Below are positions 30,828 to 41,734 of a DNA stretch of 64,000 nucleotides, in pieces. The translations under genes and the position numbers were made by a program. Positions within the stretch are counted from its first letter, which is position 1, and each line of letters starts with the position of its first letter. The notes under the pieces are model-generated. The model saw only the letters and a list, made by a program, of their open reading frames with translations, was not told the origin of the DNA and did no database searches. The DNA comes from Thermodesulfobacteriota bacterium (GTDB taxonomy: Bacteria > Desulfobacterota_D > UBA1144): the NCBI GenBank assembly GCA_036340075.1, contig JAYYZJ010000012.1:1-64000 (forward strand). Reading direction: 5' to 3'.

Positions 30828-32160
30828 CTCTTATATCTCCTGCTCCCATTGTTATAACTATAGTAGCTCTTTTTTTAGATTCAGAAATAATTTTCTCAAT
30901 TAATTTCTCTTTAGACGAAAAATATTTGACACTATTATTTATTTTTTTTACTTCCTTATAAAGGATATTTGAGCTTAGTTCTTTTTTTGTTTCCTCAAAA
31001 GCTGAATATATATCAACTAAATATAACTTTTTCCACAATGACAATTCTCTTACAAAATCTTTAAAAAGTATTTGAGTTCTAGAAAATCTATGTGGTTGAA
31101 AAACTAAGACAATATTGGTATTTTTGTTTTGATTTTCAAGACTTTGTCTGATTGCCGCTACTGCATTAGGATGGTGGCCATAATCATCAATTATGGTTAA
31201 TTTCTTAGTCTTTGCTATTACCTCGAATCTTCTTGATGGAGCTGTAAACTTATTAAGGTTTTTTCTAATTGATTCTAAATTCCCTCCTGCTTCCAATACG
31301 GTAATTACAGAGCAGACCGAATTATAAAGGTTGTATTCTCCATTAAGTTTTGATGAAAATTCTCCTAAATCTATGTTCTGCTTTTTTAATGAAAATTTTA
31401 TCCCATCAGATTTTTTTAGAATCTTGAATTGATAAGTATTTTTTTTATTTTTGTACTGCCCAAATTTAATTATTTTCTTAGAATTGATGTTTTTAAGTAG
31501 ATTTCTTGTTGTCCCACAATCATTATTGACTATGCATTTTGATTTGGGAGATTTAGCAAATTTTAGAAAAGCATCTTTAAGATTTCTTTTGGTTTTGTAA
31601 AAATCCAGGTGGTCATTATCTATATTTGTTATAACAGAAATATATGCATCCAAATAATTAAAGCTATTGTCGCTTTCATCCGCTTCTAATACACAAATCT
31701 TTGAAGAACCATAATAAAAGTTCGACTTTAATCTTTTATCTATCGCACCCAAGAACAAAGTTGAGTCAATCTTGCTTCTGTTCAACAAGAATTGAGTCAT
31801 AGCAGAGGTAGTGCTTTTGCCGTGGCAACCCGAAATTGCTATATTCTTATATCCTTTTGTGAACAATCCTAAGGCTTTTCCTCGGGAAATAATTTTAATC
31901 TTCTTTTTTCTTGCTGCCATGATTTCTGGATTATCTTTGCCTATAGCAGTGGAGGTGATTACCAAATCATGATTAGAAATATTTTCTGCTTTGTGAGCAT
32001 TATGTATTAAGCAACCCAATTTTTTCATTTTATTTATGGTAGGGCTTCTTGAAATATCTGATCCACTAATTATCTTCTTCTTCTTCAATAGGAATTGTGC
32101 TAAAGAGCTCATTCCAACTCCTCCAATACCAACAAAATGAACTCTTTTTATTGTTTTCAA
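30787..32160 (-). CDS. murC: UDP-N-acetylmuramate--L-alanine ligase
   Basis: HFVGIGGVGMS, GCHGKSTT, EADESD, DNDHLD, DDYGHHP, FQPHRFSRT. Confidence 0.95.
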   Translation of the reverse strand: MKTIKRVHFVGIGGVGMSSLAQFLLKKKKIISGSDISRSPTINKMKKLGCLIHNAHKAENISNHDLVITSTAIGKDNPEIMAARKKKIKIISRGKALGLFTKGYKNIAISGCHGKSTTSAMTQFLLNRSKIDSTLFLGAIDKRLKSNFYYGSSKICVLEADESDNSFNYLDAYISVITNIDNDHLDFYKTKRNLKDAFLKFAKSPKSKCIVNNDCGTTRNLLKNINSKKIIKFGQYKNKKNTYQFKILKKSDGIKFSLKKQNIDLGEFSSKLNGEYNLYNSVCSVITVLEAGGNLESIRKNLNKFTAPSRRFEVIAKTKKLTIIDDYGHHPNAVAAIRQSLENQNKNTNIVLVFQPHRFSRTQILFKDFVRELSLWKKLYLVDIYSAFEETKKELSSNILYKEVKKINNSVKYFSSKEKLIEKIISESKKRATIVITMGAGDIRDVGFDIRNKISKS

Positions 32161-33260
32161 GCGATCTCCTTTAATATCGTATTACATATCGTGTTCACAG
32201 AAGAAGTCTTTTGATTTGATTCTTCCTTGGATTTTTTATAAACAAAACTTATTTCTTCATGAAAAAGAAGATTGATTACCTTGTTACACAAAATAGAATT
32301 TTCTTCATCTTCTAAGTGAATCATTGCAAGCTTTTTATTGGAAAGCTCAACCGCATTTAAATATTGATGATTGTTCGTAGATGTCTTTATAGGAACAAGA
32401 ATAGGCAGGATAGGAAATTGACTAACTTCACTTGTAGTGCTTGCTCCAGCCCTTGAGATTAGTATTTTGCTAGAAGAATAATATTCTTCTAGATTGTGGA
32501 TAAATTCGAAAGTTTCGAATTCGAAAAATTTATATTGATCCCTAAGTTTTTGATAATAATTTTTTACTCTTATATTGTCGCTAATTCCTGTCTGATGGAC
32601 TAAGGAAATTTTTTGGCCATTCTCAATAAATCTTTCTTTAACCTTTTCTAACATATTTTGAATTGCTAAAAGAACCTTCGAATTTAATACTTCTGATCCT
32701 TGACTGCCTCCTAGAATTAGAATGTCAATTTTATTTTTTTCACTTTTCTTAGGAAAGAACTCTCTTACGGGGTACCCTGAAGTTATGCACTTATTCTTGG
32801 GAAAGTATTTTTTCGTCTCATCGAAGTTAATAAAAATCTTTTTAGAAAACTTACCAATTAATTTATTTGATAAACCAGGTACTGAATTCCCTTCTATTAT
32901 AAATATCTTCACACCTTTTAAATATCCACAAATAGACACTGGGAGAGATACGAATCCTCCAGTACCTATTATTACATCGGGCTTGAATTGATTTATAATT
33001 TTATTTGATTGGATTATAGATAGAAGCAATGCGAAGATTGCTTTAATCTTTCCGAGGAAAGTTTTGCCTTTGAAACCCAACGAATCAATTTCAAATAATT
33101 TTTCTGTTGAATATTTGTCTAGCAGGTCAACTTTTATTTTTTTTGTATTTACAAAAGAAACCAATATTTTATTGTCTAATTTTTTTAAATTTTTTGCTAT
33201 TGCTACCCCAGGAAAAATATGACCACCTGTTGCACCAAGAGTTATAAGTATCTTCTTCAT
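32157..33260 (-). CDS. murG: undecaprenyldiphospho-muramoylpentapeptide GlcNAc transferase
   Basis: GATGGHIFPG, GTGGFVS, GGSQGS, SRAGAST, HQYLNA. Confidence 0.94.
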   Translation of the reverse strand: MKKILITLGATGGHIFPGVAIAKNLKKLDNKILVSFVNTKKIKVDLLDKYSTEKLFEIDSLGFKGKTFLGKIKAIFALLLSIIQSNKIINQFKPDVIIGTGGFVSLPVSICGYLKGVKIFIIEGNSVPGLSNKLIGKFSKKIFINFDETKKYFPKNKCITSGYPVREFFPKKSEKNKIDILILGGSQGSEVLNSKVLLAIQNMLEKVKERFIENGQKISLVHQTGISDNIRVKNYYQKLRDQYKFFEFETFEFIHNLEEYYSSSKILISRAGASTTSEVSQFPILPILVPIKTSTNNHQYLNAVELSNKKLAMIHLEDEENSILCNKVINLLFHEEISFVYKKSKEESNQKTSSVNTICNTILKEIA

Positions 33261-34363
33261 TTCCTTTTCTTATCTAAAGCTAGAATCAATCCCATCGCAA
33301 CCAATGTAAAAACTAGTGAGCTTCCTCCATAGCTTATAAATGGTAATGGCATACCCTTTGTAGGAAGAAGTCCTACCGTAACAGAAATATTAATTATTAT
33401 TTGTAATGAAGTAATAATTATTATCCCAGCCATTAAATTTCTTACAAAAAGATTTTTTGCTCTATCAATCATCTTGAATCCACTATAAATTAAACATACA
33501 AACAGAGAAATAAAAACACTACTCCCAACAATGCCTAATTCCTCTGCAATTATAGAGAATATGAAATCGTTATGTTGATGAGGTAAGAAGAATAATTTTT
33601 GAGTACTATTTCCCAATCCAACTCCAAACCAATTTCCTTTTGCCAATGCTATGTAAGATTGAATTATTTGCCATCCTGCACCCTCTGGATCACCATAGGG
33701 GTCCAGAAATGATAATAGTCGCTTCATTCTATAAGGTGCGACCCATATTAAACTTACAAATGAAGCAGAAAGTAGAAGAAATATTGAGACAATATGAGAA
33801 AATCTTGCCCCAGATACGATAATCATGGTGAAAACAGTAGTTCCGAGGAGTACCAGATTCCCAAAATCAGGTTGAAGACTTAAGAGCACAGCATAAGGAA
33901 AAAAAGGCAAAATAGAAGATACAACTCCAATTTTGAACTCCCTTATTCTCATGCCCTTCTTAGCTAAATGTTGTGCCATAAAAATTAGCAACATGTACTT
34001 CGTTATTTCTATTGGTTGGAAAGAGAAAGAAATTAAATTGATCCATCTTGTTCCACCACCAGCCGTTTTTCCTAATATAGGAACAAACACAAAAACAAGC
34101 ATTATAATTCCGAGAAAATAAAATAGCCTATATTTTTTTTCTAGTATGTCTGTATCAATCTTGGAACAAACAAAAAACAGGATTAAACCTATTACTAAGA
34201 AAATGGATTGTTTCTTTAGAAAAAATAAATAGTCACCATGGTGCTCCATTCCACTAACAGAGCTTGAGCTAAACACCATAAGCAACCCCAGAATAGATAG
34301 GACCAGGATTGATAAAATAAAAAGTTTCCTAGGTTCCACGATGTTAATATAATTTTTTAACAT
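33257..34363 (-). CDS. ftsW: peptidoglycan glycosyltransferase FtsW
   Basis: RWINL..FQPIE, QPDFG, NDFIFSIIAEELG, LPFISYGGSS; start uncertain (ATG 34363 or GTG 34339). Confidence 0.94.
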   Translation of the reverse strand: MLKNYINIVEPRKLFILSILVLSILGLLMVFSSSSVSGMEHHGDYLFFLKKQSIFLVIGLILFFVCSKIDTDILEKKYRLFYFLGIIMLVFVFVPILGKTAGGGTRWINLISFSFQPIEITKYMLLIFMAQHLAKKGMRIREFKIGVVSSILPFFPYAVLLSLQPDFGNLVLLGTTVFTMIIVSGARFSHIVSIFLLLSASFVSLIWVAPYRMKRLLSFLDPYGDPEGAGWQIIQSYIALAKGNWFGVGLGNSTQKLFFLPHQHNDFIFSIIAEELGIVGSSVFISLFVCLIYSGFKMIDRAKNLFVRNLMAGIIIITSLQIIINISVTVGLLPTKGMPLPFISYGGSSLVFTLVAMGLILALDKKRK

Positions 34364-35606
34364 ACTCTTTAAATTTATCTCCTCTTTCAGAATATGATTT
34401 AAATTGATCAAAGCTTGATGTGCCTGGACTAAACAACAAAGTTCCACCCTTGGCTGAACTCTTCAATCCCTGTAGGACAGCATCGAATAAATCTGCTGCT
34501 ATTATTTTCACCTTCGTATCAAAAGTTTTTGCAAGCTCAAATTTATTCTCTCCGAAAAGTATCAATGTATTAATTTTTGTTTTCACACTGTTCCTTATTA
34601 GTGAGTAATCTAATTTCTTATCTTTCCCTCCCATTATTAACACAGATTTTCCATCTAAGCTATTAATTGCAACTTGTGTTGCTTCAGGAGAGGTGGACTT
34701 TGAATCATTAATTATAATCCCTCTTCTATTCTTCTTTACTATTTCGAGTCTATGATTCAAAGGTTTGAATTTTTTTAATATATTTAGTTCTTTAGCGCCA
34801 AGTTCTTTTAAAATAGAGCAGATAGTAATAGCGAAAGCTATATTTGTTAAATTGTGCTTACCTATAAGTTGAATATCTTTTATATCTAACCTATATTTTT
34901 TCCCGACCAATAGCCCATTTTTGAGTATTTTTAAATTCTCGTTTCTTGTTGGATTACAAAAAATAGGAAAATTATTTTTTGTTATATTTCTATATATGTC
35001 CTTAGAGCAAACGGCAAAACAATCTTTGTCTTGATTGTTAAAGATTTTCATTTTTGACCCTACATACTCTTTCATGTTTGCGTGATGATCTAAATGATTC
35101 TCTGATATATTTAGAAATGCTGATATTAAAGGCTTAAAAGATGATTGTATAAATTGGAGCTGAAAACTACTTACTTCGACTAAAATTAAATCCTTATTTT
35201 GTTTTTCAAGCAAATAGCTTATTAAGGGTTTGCCAATATTTCCACCCAAAAATACCTTGTACCCTAAGCTTTTTAGTAATTCATACGTTAGCATTGTTGT
35301 AGTTGTCTTTCCATTTGTTCCAGTAATAGCAACTATAGGGGTTTTAATATACCTAGAAGCAAATTCTATTTCACTCAGTATCTTTTTTCCCGATTTGATT
35401 GCCAATTTAATATTTTTGTTTCTTAATCCTATACCTGGGCTTACTATTATTTCTTCACAATTTTTTAACAAATCTTTAAATTCATATTTTGTTTTCGACA
35501 CACTATTATCATCGAAAGTTATATAGGAAATTCTCTTTTTTCTACAGAATTTTCTTAACTCAACACCAGTCACTCCCATCCCATAAATAAGCACTTTCTT
35601 TTTCAT
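34344..35606 (-). CDS. murD: UDP-N-acetylmuramoyl-L-alanine--D-glutamate ligase
   Basis: ITGTNGKTTT, GGNIG, EVSSFQL, HLDHH, NDSKST, SPGTSSFDQF. Confidence 0.95.
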   Translation of the reverse strand: MKKKVLIYGMGVTGVELRKFCRKKRISYITFDDNSVSKTKYEFKDLLKNCEEIIVSPGIGLRNKNIKLAIKSGKKILSEIEFASRYIKTPIVAITGTNGKTTTTMLTYELLKSLGYKVFLGGNIGKPLISYLLEKQNKDLILVEVSSFQLQFIQSSFKPLISAFLNISENHLDHHANMKEYVGSKMKIFNNQDKDCFAVCSKDIYRNITKNNFPIFCNPTRNENLKILKNGLLVGKKYRLDIKDIQLIGKHNLTNIAFAITICSILKELGAKELNILKKFKPLNHRLEIVKKNRRGIIINDSKSTSPEATQVAINSLDGKSVLIMGGKDKKLDYSLIRNSVKTKINTLILFGENKFELAKTFDTKVKIIAADLFDAVLQGLKSSAKGGTLLFSPGTSSFDQFKSYSERGDKFKEYVKKLY

Positions 35607-35607
35607 T

Positions 35608-36708
35608 TTATCTAATTTTTAAAGTAGCGATTGCAAACAAAGCCAAGAGAATTGATATAATCCAAAATCTTATTACAATTTTTGATTCTACTACACCTTT
35701 CTTTTCAAAATGATGGTGAATTGGTGCAATTAAAAAAAATCTTTTTCCAAAGAATCTAAAAGAAATTATTTGGATAATCACTGACAATGCTTCTATTACA
35801 AATACTCCTCCTAATATTAATAAAAGTATTTCTTGTTTAATTAAGATAGAAACAATACCAATACTAGCCCCTAAAGGTATAGACCCAACATCTCCCATAA
35901 ATATTTGAGCAGGGTTAGAGTTGAACCACAAGAAAGCAAGCATGGCACCTAAGATTGCCGAGAGAAAGATTGTTATTTCAGCTACACCTCCAACAAATGG
36001 AACATATAGGTATCCTGCATAAAGAGGGCTCCCAACTATGTAAGCAATAACAATTAGTGCGGAAACGGTTGATATAATTGAACCTGTAGCTAAACCATCT
36101 AAGCCATCTGTTATATTGACAGCGTTTGCAGATCCAATAATTACCAAAAAACAAAAGATAAAATAAATGAGTCCCAAATCTAAAACAGCTTTAGTAAATG
36201 GAAATGAGATTGTAGTTAATCCCTGGCTAAAGAAAATGTTTGATTGATACAAAACAATAACCAAGATGATTGTCAATAGAATTTGGAGGAATAGTTTTTT
36301 AAATAATGGAAGACCACTACCATTTTTGAGTTTTATATAATCGTCAAAGAAACCTGATAATGCAAAAACTATATAAGTGATTAAGCATATCAAAAAAGGA
36401 TAAATAGGATAATCAGATAAAGATTTATAGAATTTACCGCATACAAGACACGAAAGAATAACCGCAATTGCAATTATAATCCCCCCCATATTAGGCGTAC
36501 CACTTTTTTGCTTATGAGTGGTTTCAAGAAATTGACTAATATTTTCTGTAACTTTATTTACGGTAAAAATTTTTATAAATCTTGGGGTTAGAAACATTAC
36601 AGTTAAAAATGAGATTGAACCAGCAAGAAATGACCTAAAAGTTATATATTGAAAAATATTTAGAAAAGTATATGAATCTACAAAATTCAGATATAGGTAA
36701 TAAAGCAT
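35608..36708 (-). CDS. mraY: phospho-N-acetylmuramoyl-pentapeptide transferase
   Basis: KSGTPNMGG, DDYIK, NAVNITDGLDGL, FMGDVGS, APIHHHFE. Confidence 0.97.
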   Translation of the reverse strand: MLYYLYLNFVDSYTFLNIFQYITFRSFLAGSISFLTVMFLTPRFIKIFTVNKVTENISQFLETTHKQKSGTPNMGGIIIAIAVILSCLVCGKFYKSLSDYPIYPFLICLITYIVFALSGFFDDYIKLKNGSGLPLFKKLFLQILLTIILVIVLYQSNIFFSQGLTTISFPFTKAVLDLGLIYFIFCFLVIIGSANAVNITDGLDGLATGSIISTVSALIVIAYIVGSPLYAGYLYVPFVGGVAEITIFLSAILGAMLAFLWFNSNPAQIFMGDVGSIPLGASIGIVSILIKQEILLLILGGVFVIEALSVIIQIISFRFFGKRFFLIAPIHHHFEKKGVVESKIVIRFWIISILLALFAIATLKIR

Positions 36709-38082
36709 TTAAATTTTTAGAGAATCGAAAATTTTTTCCATTCTCATTCCTCTCGATCCTTTTACTAGGATAACAGTATTAGTAATAGAATCTAAATCGA
36801 TAAAATCTATAATTTGTGAATGCTCTACAATTTTAATAAAACGTGTAGTTTCTTTTAAATTTATGGAATAGTTTTCAGAGTTATCTCCATATGCGTATAG
36901 CTCCTTAAAGCCGTTATCTGAAATTTCTTTACCTATTTTAATATGCTCATCTTCTGCTAAATCTCCCAGTTCAAGCATATCCCCCAATATGGCAATCTTC
37001 TCCTTTGTTGAAAAAATTTTACTTGTCATTTCAATCGCAGATTGCATTGAATTTGGATTAGCATTGTAAGTATCATTAATTATGACGTTTCCGTTTTTCA
37101 ATTTGATTATTTTAAATCTGTTATCTATACCGGCGAATTCTTCAATACCATTTTTGATTTGTTCTAATTCTAATCCAGCCATAATGCTTAATGACGCTGA
37201 ACATAAACAATTATAAATATTATGAACCCCGGGAGCCATCAAATTTATTTTTATATTTTTTTTGTTATAACATAAGTCAAACTCAGAATAATTAGTCGAA
37301 ATATTATTAGCACTTACATCAGCTTTATTCTTAATTCCAAAACTAATCTTCTTACATTCAATTTCTAAGAAATAATCTTTTAAGAATCGATTATCAAAAT
37401 TAAATGAGAAAATAGAATCGGAGTTAAAGAAACAAGCGATATCTTTTTTCTCATGAAAAACTGTTTTTTCATTTTTCAATTTCTCTGTATGCCCTTTTCC
37501 GATATTTGTAATAGTTGCAAACTGTGGTCTAGCTATATTAGCCAGTCTTCTTATTTCTCCTTCTGAGTTGGTGCCCATTTCTAAAACTAGGGCTTCATGA
37601 TTATTCGTTAAATTCATAATAGTCAATGGCAAACCAATTAAATTGTTAAAATTCCCTTTTGTTGATAAAATTTTAAATTTTTTTGAAAGAATAGAACTTA
37701 ATAGTTCTTTTGTAGTTGTCTTTCCATTAGTTCCCGTTATTCCAAAAATTTTAATATTTTTATTTTTGGTAATTAGAAATGATGCAAGATTTTCTAGAAA
37801 TTTCGTCGTCGAATCTACCAAGATTCCGCCTTTATCGATATTTTTGTCTTCTGTTATAAAAAATTTACATCCTTTTGCTATTGCTTCATTAGCAAACTTG
37901 TTTCCGTCAAAACTATCACCCTTTAGGGCTAAGAACACATCATCTTTTTTTATTGTTCTACTATCTGTAGATATTGTATTGAAGTCTGATAAATTTACTT
38001 TAGGATCTACTTTCAGTACACCTTTGTATGATTTTACAAAATCTTTAAAGTGTAAATTTAATATTTTATTTCTTTCAGACAT
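36709..38082 (-). CDS. murF: UDP-MurNAc-tripeptide--D-Ala-D-Ala ligase
   Basis: TGTNGKTTTKE, NFNNLIGLP, EMGT, NDTYNANP, LGDMLELG, KGSRGM. Confidence 0.95.
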   Translation of the reverse strand: MSERNKILNLHFKDFVKSYKGVLKVDPKVNLSDFNTISTDSRTIKKDDVFLALKGDSFDGNKFANEAIAKGCKFFITEDKNIDKGGILVDSTTKFLENLASFLITKNKNIKIFGITGTNGKTTTKELLSSILSKKFKILSTKGNFNNLIGLPLTIMNLTNNHEALVLEMGTNSEGEIRRLANIARPQFATITNIGKGHTEKLKNEKTVFHEKKDIACFFNSDSIFSFNFDNRFLKDYFLEIECKKISFGIKNKADVSANNISTNYSEFDLCYNKKNIKINLMAPGVHNIYNCLCSASLSIMAGLELEQIKNGIEEFAGIDNRFKIIKLKNGNVIINDTYNANPNSMQSAIEMTSKIFSTKEKIAILGDMLELGDLAEDEHIKIGKEISDNGFKELYAYGDNSENYSINLKETTRFIKIVEHSQIIDFIDLDSITNTVILVKGSRGMRMEKIFDSLKI

Positions 38083-39512
38083 TTTTTTACTTCTTTATAA
38101 TCAGAAAATTTATTTTTTTTGCCATTAATTTCTTGGTAATCCTCATGCCCCTTTCCCGCAATCAATAATACTTCATTTTTTTTAATATTCTGAATTGACC
38201 ACATAATTGCTTCTTTTCGATCAGTGATAATTTTTTTAGGTTTTTCAATACCTTTAATAATATCTTTAATTATACTTACGGGGTCTTCAAATCTAGGATT
38301 ATCCGATGTTATTATTATCTTGTCGGCGAATTTTTCTGCTATGCTACCCATCTTAGCCCTCTTTCCGGTATCTCTATTACCTCCGCAACCAAACAAAACA
38401 GTTATTTTTTTATTTCGAAAATTATCCCTTAAAGATGATATAGATTTTTTTAATGCATCAGGCGTATGCGCATAATCGATAAAAATTTTTAAATCCGTAT
38501 TCTTAATCTTTTCTAATCTCCCTGGTGCACCTTTAAATCTTCTTACCCTTTTCTTTAATTCTCCCGAATCAAGCCCTTTTGTTATTGAATAGGAACAAGA
38601 GGCAAGTATGTTTTCAAAATTATATTTTCCAAACAATTCTGTTTTTATAGAAAATTCTTTGTCTCTGGATTTAATAATTAAATTATTAACATCTTTTTCT
38701 TTTGTAATTTTACTTATATAAAAATCCGCATCCTTGTTTTTGAGAGAATAAGTTATAGTTGAAATTTGCTTAGGTATCAATGTTAATAATTTTTTCCCCC
38801 ATTTATTATCTAAATTAATGATGGCGAATTTATTAGCCTTCTTACTTTCTCTTAGATTTTCTATAAATAGTTTAGCTTTTGTTTGGAAGTAATCAGTCAT
38901 ATTTTTATGGAAATCTAAATGATCCCTACTTAAATTTGTAAATATACAAGAGTCAAAATTTGTATAATTTACTCTACACATATCTAATGAATGAGAAGAC
39001 ACTTCCATAAAGACTTTCTTCATTCTACTTTTTTTCATGTCTTTTAAAATTTTATTTAACTCGTAGGAGTCAGGGGTAGTTAAAGAGGATGGTAGGACTT
39101 TTTTAGAATAACTAGTCTCTATTGTCCCTATTAGTCCAGATTTCTCACCCCATATTATTCTTAATAAATGAGCAATTGATGTTTTACCGTTGGTTCCTGT
39201 TATACCGCAAATCTCAAGATTAGATGAAGGCCTAGAGAAATATTCAGAACATGAATGTGCATAAGAGTCTCTACAATCATCAACTATCAAAATTCTTACA
39301 GATTTATTATATATTTTTGCAACATTTTTTTTGTCTGTAACAATTGCTTTAGCGCCTTTTTTTATTGCATCTTTAATATATTGATTTCCATCTGTTTTGG
39401 TCCCTGATATTGCAAAAAAAACACCACCATTTCGAACTAGTTTTGAATTGTTAGTTATGTTTTTAAACTTCTTTATTTTGTTAAATACTTTATTTGTATT
39501 TTTTTTTTGCAT
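38058..39512 (-). CDS. murE: UDP-MurNAc-dipeptide--2,6-diaminopimelate ligase
   Basis: TGTNGKTS, MEVSSH, DHLDFH, DYAHTPD, DNPR (meso-DAP specificity motif), AGKGHE. Confidence 0.95.
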   Translation of the reverse strand: MQKKNTNKVFNKIKKFKNITNNSKLVRNGGVFFAISGTKTDGNQYIKDAIKKGAKAIVTDKKNVAKIYNKSVRILIVDDCRDSYAHSCSEYFSRPSSNLEICGITGTNGKTSIAHLLRIIWGEKSGLIGTIETSYSKKVLPSSLTTPDSYELNKILKDMKKSRMKKVFMEVSSHSLDMCRVNYTNFDSCIFTNLSRDHLDFHKNMTDYFQTKAKLFIENLRESKKANKFAIINLDNKWGKKLLTLIPKQISTITYSLKNKDADFYISKITKEKDVNNLIIKSRDKEFSIKTELFGKYNFENILASCSYSITKGLDSGELKKRVRRFKGAPGRLEKIKNTDLKIFIDYAHTPDALKKSISSLRDNFRNKKITVLFGCGGNRDTGKRAKMGSIAEKFADKIIITSDNPRFEDPVSIIKDIIKGIEKPKKIITDRKEAIMWSIQNIKKNEVLLIAGKGHEDYQEINGKKNKFSDYKEVKKCLKEIKY

Positions 39513-39516
39513 ATAC

Positions 39517-41421
39517 TCAGAAGCCCGGCTCTAGGAATAGAATAATCTCTTCATTGAATTTATATTTTTCTCCAGGTGAAGGATTTTGACTTTGCACAAA
39601 CCCCGACCCTTGGATTTTAATTTTAACATTGTTGTGATTAGCAATCATTATTGCTTCTCTTTTACCACGACCAATAAATGATGGGACCTGATTACTTACA
39701 GCCATTTTCTCAACACCTTCTACGTTAGTGAGAATCTTTTCTATAGCTTCTTTAAAAATTGGTGCTGCCCATACTCCACCCCAAGGACCTAAATTAGGAC
39801 CCTGTCTTTTTGGCTCATCAATTGTAATAACTGAAACCAGCATTGGATCTTCTGATGGGGCAAAACCAATTATTGATACAATATGTTTACTTTTTTCTTT
39901 ATCGTATCCACCTCTTGTTGCCTTCTCAGCGGTTCCAGTTTTTCCAGATACATTAATCCCTTTTATTAGGGCTCTAGGTGTTGACTCTTCCAAACTTCTC
40001 CTAAGAATTCTTCTCATTTTTTTTGCAGTTTCATACTTGAGGACTCTCCTGATTACATTAGCTTTTTTAAGCATTTTAATTTTTCCATCCGAACTCTCGA
40101 TTGATTTCACTATGTAGGGTTCTACTAATTCCCCACCATTTGCTATTACGGATATAGCTTGTGCAAGCTGAATAGAGGTTACAGATATTCCTTGCCCAAA
40201 AGCTATATTGGCTCTTTGGATTTCACTCCATTTATCAGCAGGAACCAATATTCCAGCTTCTTCCCCAGGTAAATCTATTCTTGTTTTGTCACCAAATCCT
40301 AACTCTTTAAGTTTTTTATAGTACTCTTTTTTTGGTATTCGCTCCATAATTCTTGATGCGCCAATATTGCTAGAGTATCTAAGGATTCCAGCGATATTTA
40401 AATTCTTTTTTGGATTAACATCTCTTATTGTATGCCTGCCAATAACTCTGACTCCGTCTCCCACATTGAACGTTTCATCTTCTTTTATTTTATTCTCATT
40501 AAAAGCTATGGCTACCAAGAGACTTTTCATAACTGAACCGGGCTCAAAATTATTTACTATCGGAAGATTTCTTTTTTGTTCATTTGTGTATTGACGAAAT
40601 TTGTTTGGATCAAAAAATGGGTAAGAAGCCATAGCATAAATTTCACCAGTCCTTGGGTTCATTATTATTCCAAAACCTTGTATGGCTTTTGATGCTTTTA
40701 CTTGTTTTTCTATTTCTTTTTCTAAAATTAATTGATGATTGCTTCTTAAGGTAAGAATTAAATTATTCCCCTTTCTTCGTTCTTTGGTCTCCTCGGTATT
40801 TACTTTAATTTCTTTGTTTCTGGCATCCATATATACAGAAATCTTTTTCTGTTCACCTCTTAACTCTTTGTCATATTTGTATTCAAGGCCAGCCTGACCT
40901 CGGTCGCTATAAAGCTCTAAGTGCCCAATTACTTGACCTGCCAAAGAATTCTCAGGATAAATTCTTATTGGTTCTTGAGTGATAAAAATATATTTTAAAT
41001 TTTTCTTTGCCACCTTCTTGCCTTGCTCTGGTGTTGCAAGTCTTTTTATATAAACGAATCTTTTATTTGTATTAATCTTTTTATAAACTTCTTCCTGAGA
41101 CATATCTAATACTTCAGAAAGTATTCTTGCATAATCAATTTTGTTAGTGATTTTTTTTGGGTCCGCAATAATAGATGGCCTCATTTCACTTACAGCCAAT
41201 TTTACCCCATTCGCATCTCTAATCTCTCCCCTTTCCCCATTGAGTATAATCGGGTTTTTTTTGTACCCTTGATAATCCATTGCTTTGTGATCAATTAGTT
41301 GAATATGAAATACTTTTAAGAAAACTATTAATAAACAAAAATATATACAAAGCTTAATAAAACTTAATCTCTTTTTGAAATTAGTTTCATTTTTTTTCAT
41401 CTTTTTTATAAGCTTATTCAT
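39517..41421 (-). CDS. ftsI: penicillin-binding protein 3 (FtsI) with C-terminal PASTA domain
   Basis: RGEIRD, EPGSVMK (SxxK), SSN, KTGTA; C-terminal VPSFIG..QSQNPSPG. Confidence 0.94.
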   Translation of the reverse strand: MNKLIKKMKKNETNFKKRLSFIKLCIYFCLLIVFLKVFHIQLIDHKAMDYQGYKKNPIILNGERGEIRDANGVKLAVSEMRPSIIADPKKITNKIDYARILSEVLDMSQEEVYKKINTNKRFVYIKRLATPEQGKKVAKKNLKYIFITQEPIRIYPENSLAGQVIGHLELYSDRGQAGLEYKYDKELRGEQKKISVYMDARNKEIKVNTEETKERRKGNNLILTLRSNHQLILEKEIEKQVKASKAIQGFGIIMNPRTGEIYAMASYPFFDPNKFRQYTNEQKRNLPIVNNFEPGSVMKSLLVAIAFNENKIKEDETFNVGDGVRVIGRHTIRDVNPKKNLNIAGILRYSSNIGASRIMERIPKKEYYKKLKELGFGDKTRIDLPGEEAGILVPADKWSEIQRANIAFGQGISVTSIQLAQAISVIANGGELVEPYIVKSIESSDGKIKMLKKANVIRRVLKYETAKKMRRILRRSLEESTPRALIKGINVSGKTGTAEKATRGGYDKEKSKHIVSIIGFAPSEDPMLVSVITIDEPKRQGPNLGPWGGVWAAPIFKEAIEKILTNVEGVEKMAVSNQVPSFIGRGKREAIMIANHNNVKIKIQGSGFVQSQNPSPGEKYKFNEEIILFLEPGF

Positions 41422-41734
41422 TGTTTATTTTTATCAAGTCCTGTTGGTTTGGATATTTCATACCATTTAAAAATGCTATTTCTTGAATCCTATTCAAAGA
41501 TTGTAATTTTAATTTTTCGTTCCTTAATCTTTTATTCGTAATACTTAGCTTTGTTAGTTTTCCTTCTGTTCTGGCTATTTCATATCCTATCTGTCTTTTC
41601 TGGGCTTTTATTCCAACCAAAACAAATAATAAGCTAGTGCAGACTAATACAAAAATGACTCCAGGTGCAATTATTTTGACTTTGTTTACAATCTTTGACT
41701 TAGGTCTAATCAATTTAATCGAATCAAAGTCCAT
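41414..41734 (-). CDS. ftsL: cell division protein FtsL
   Basis: Single TM plus coiled coil, RIQEIA..GM; between rsmH and ftsI; GGAGG SD before ATG 41734. Confidence 0.8.
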   Translation of the reverse strand: MDFDSIKLIRPKSKIVNKVKIIAPGVIFVLVCTSLLFVLVGIKAQKRQIGYEIARTEGKLTKLSITNKRLRNEKLKLQSLNRIQEIAFLNGMKYPNQQDLIKINNE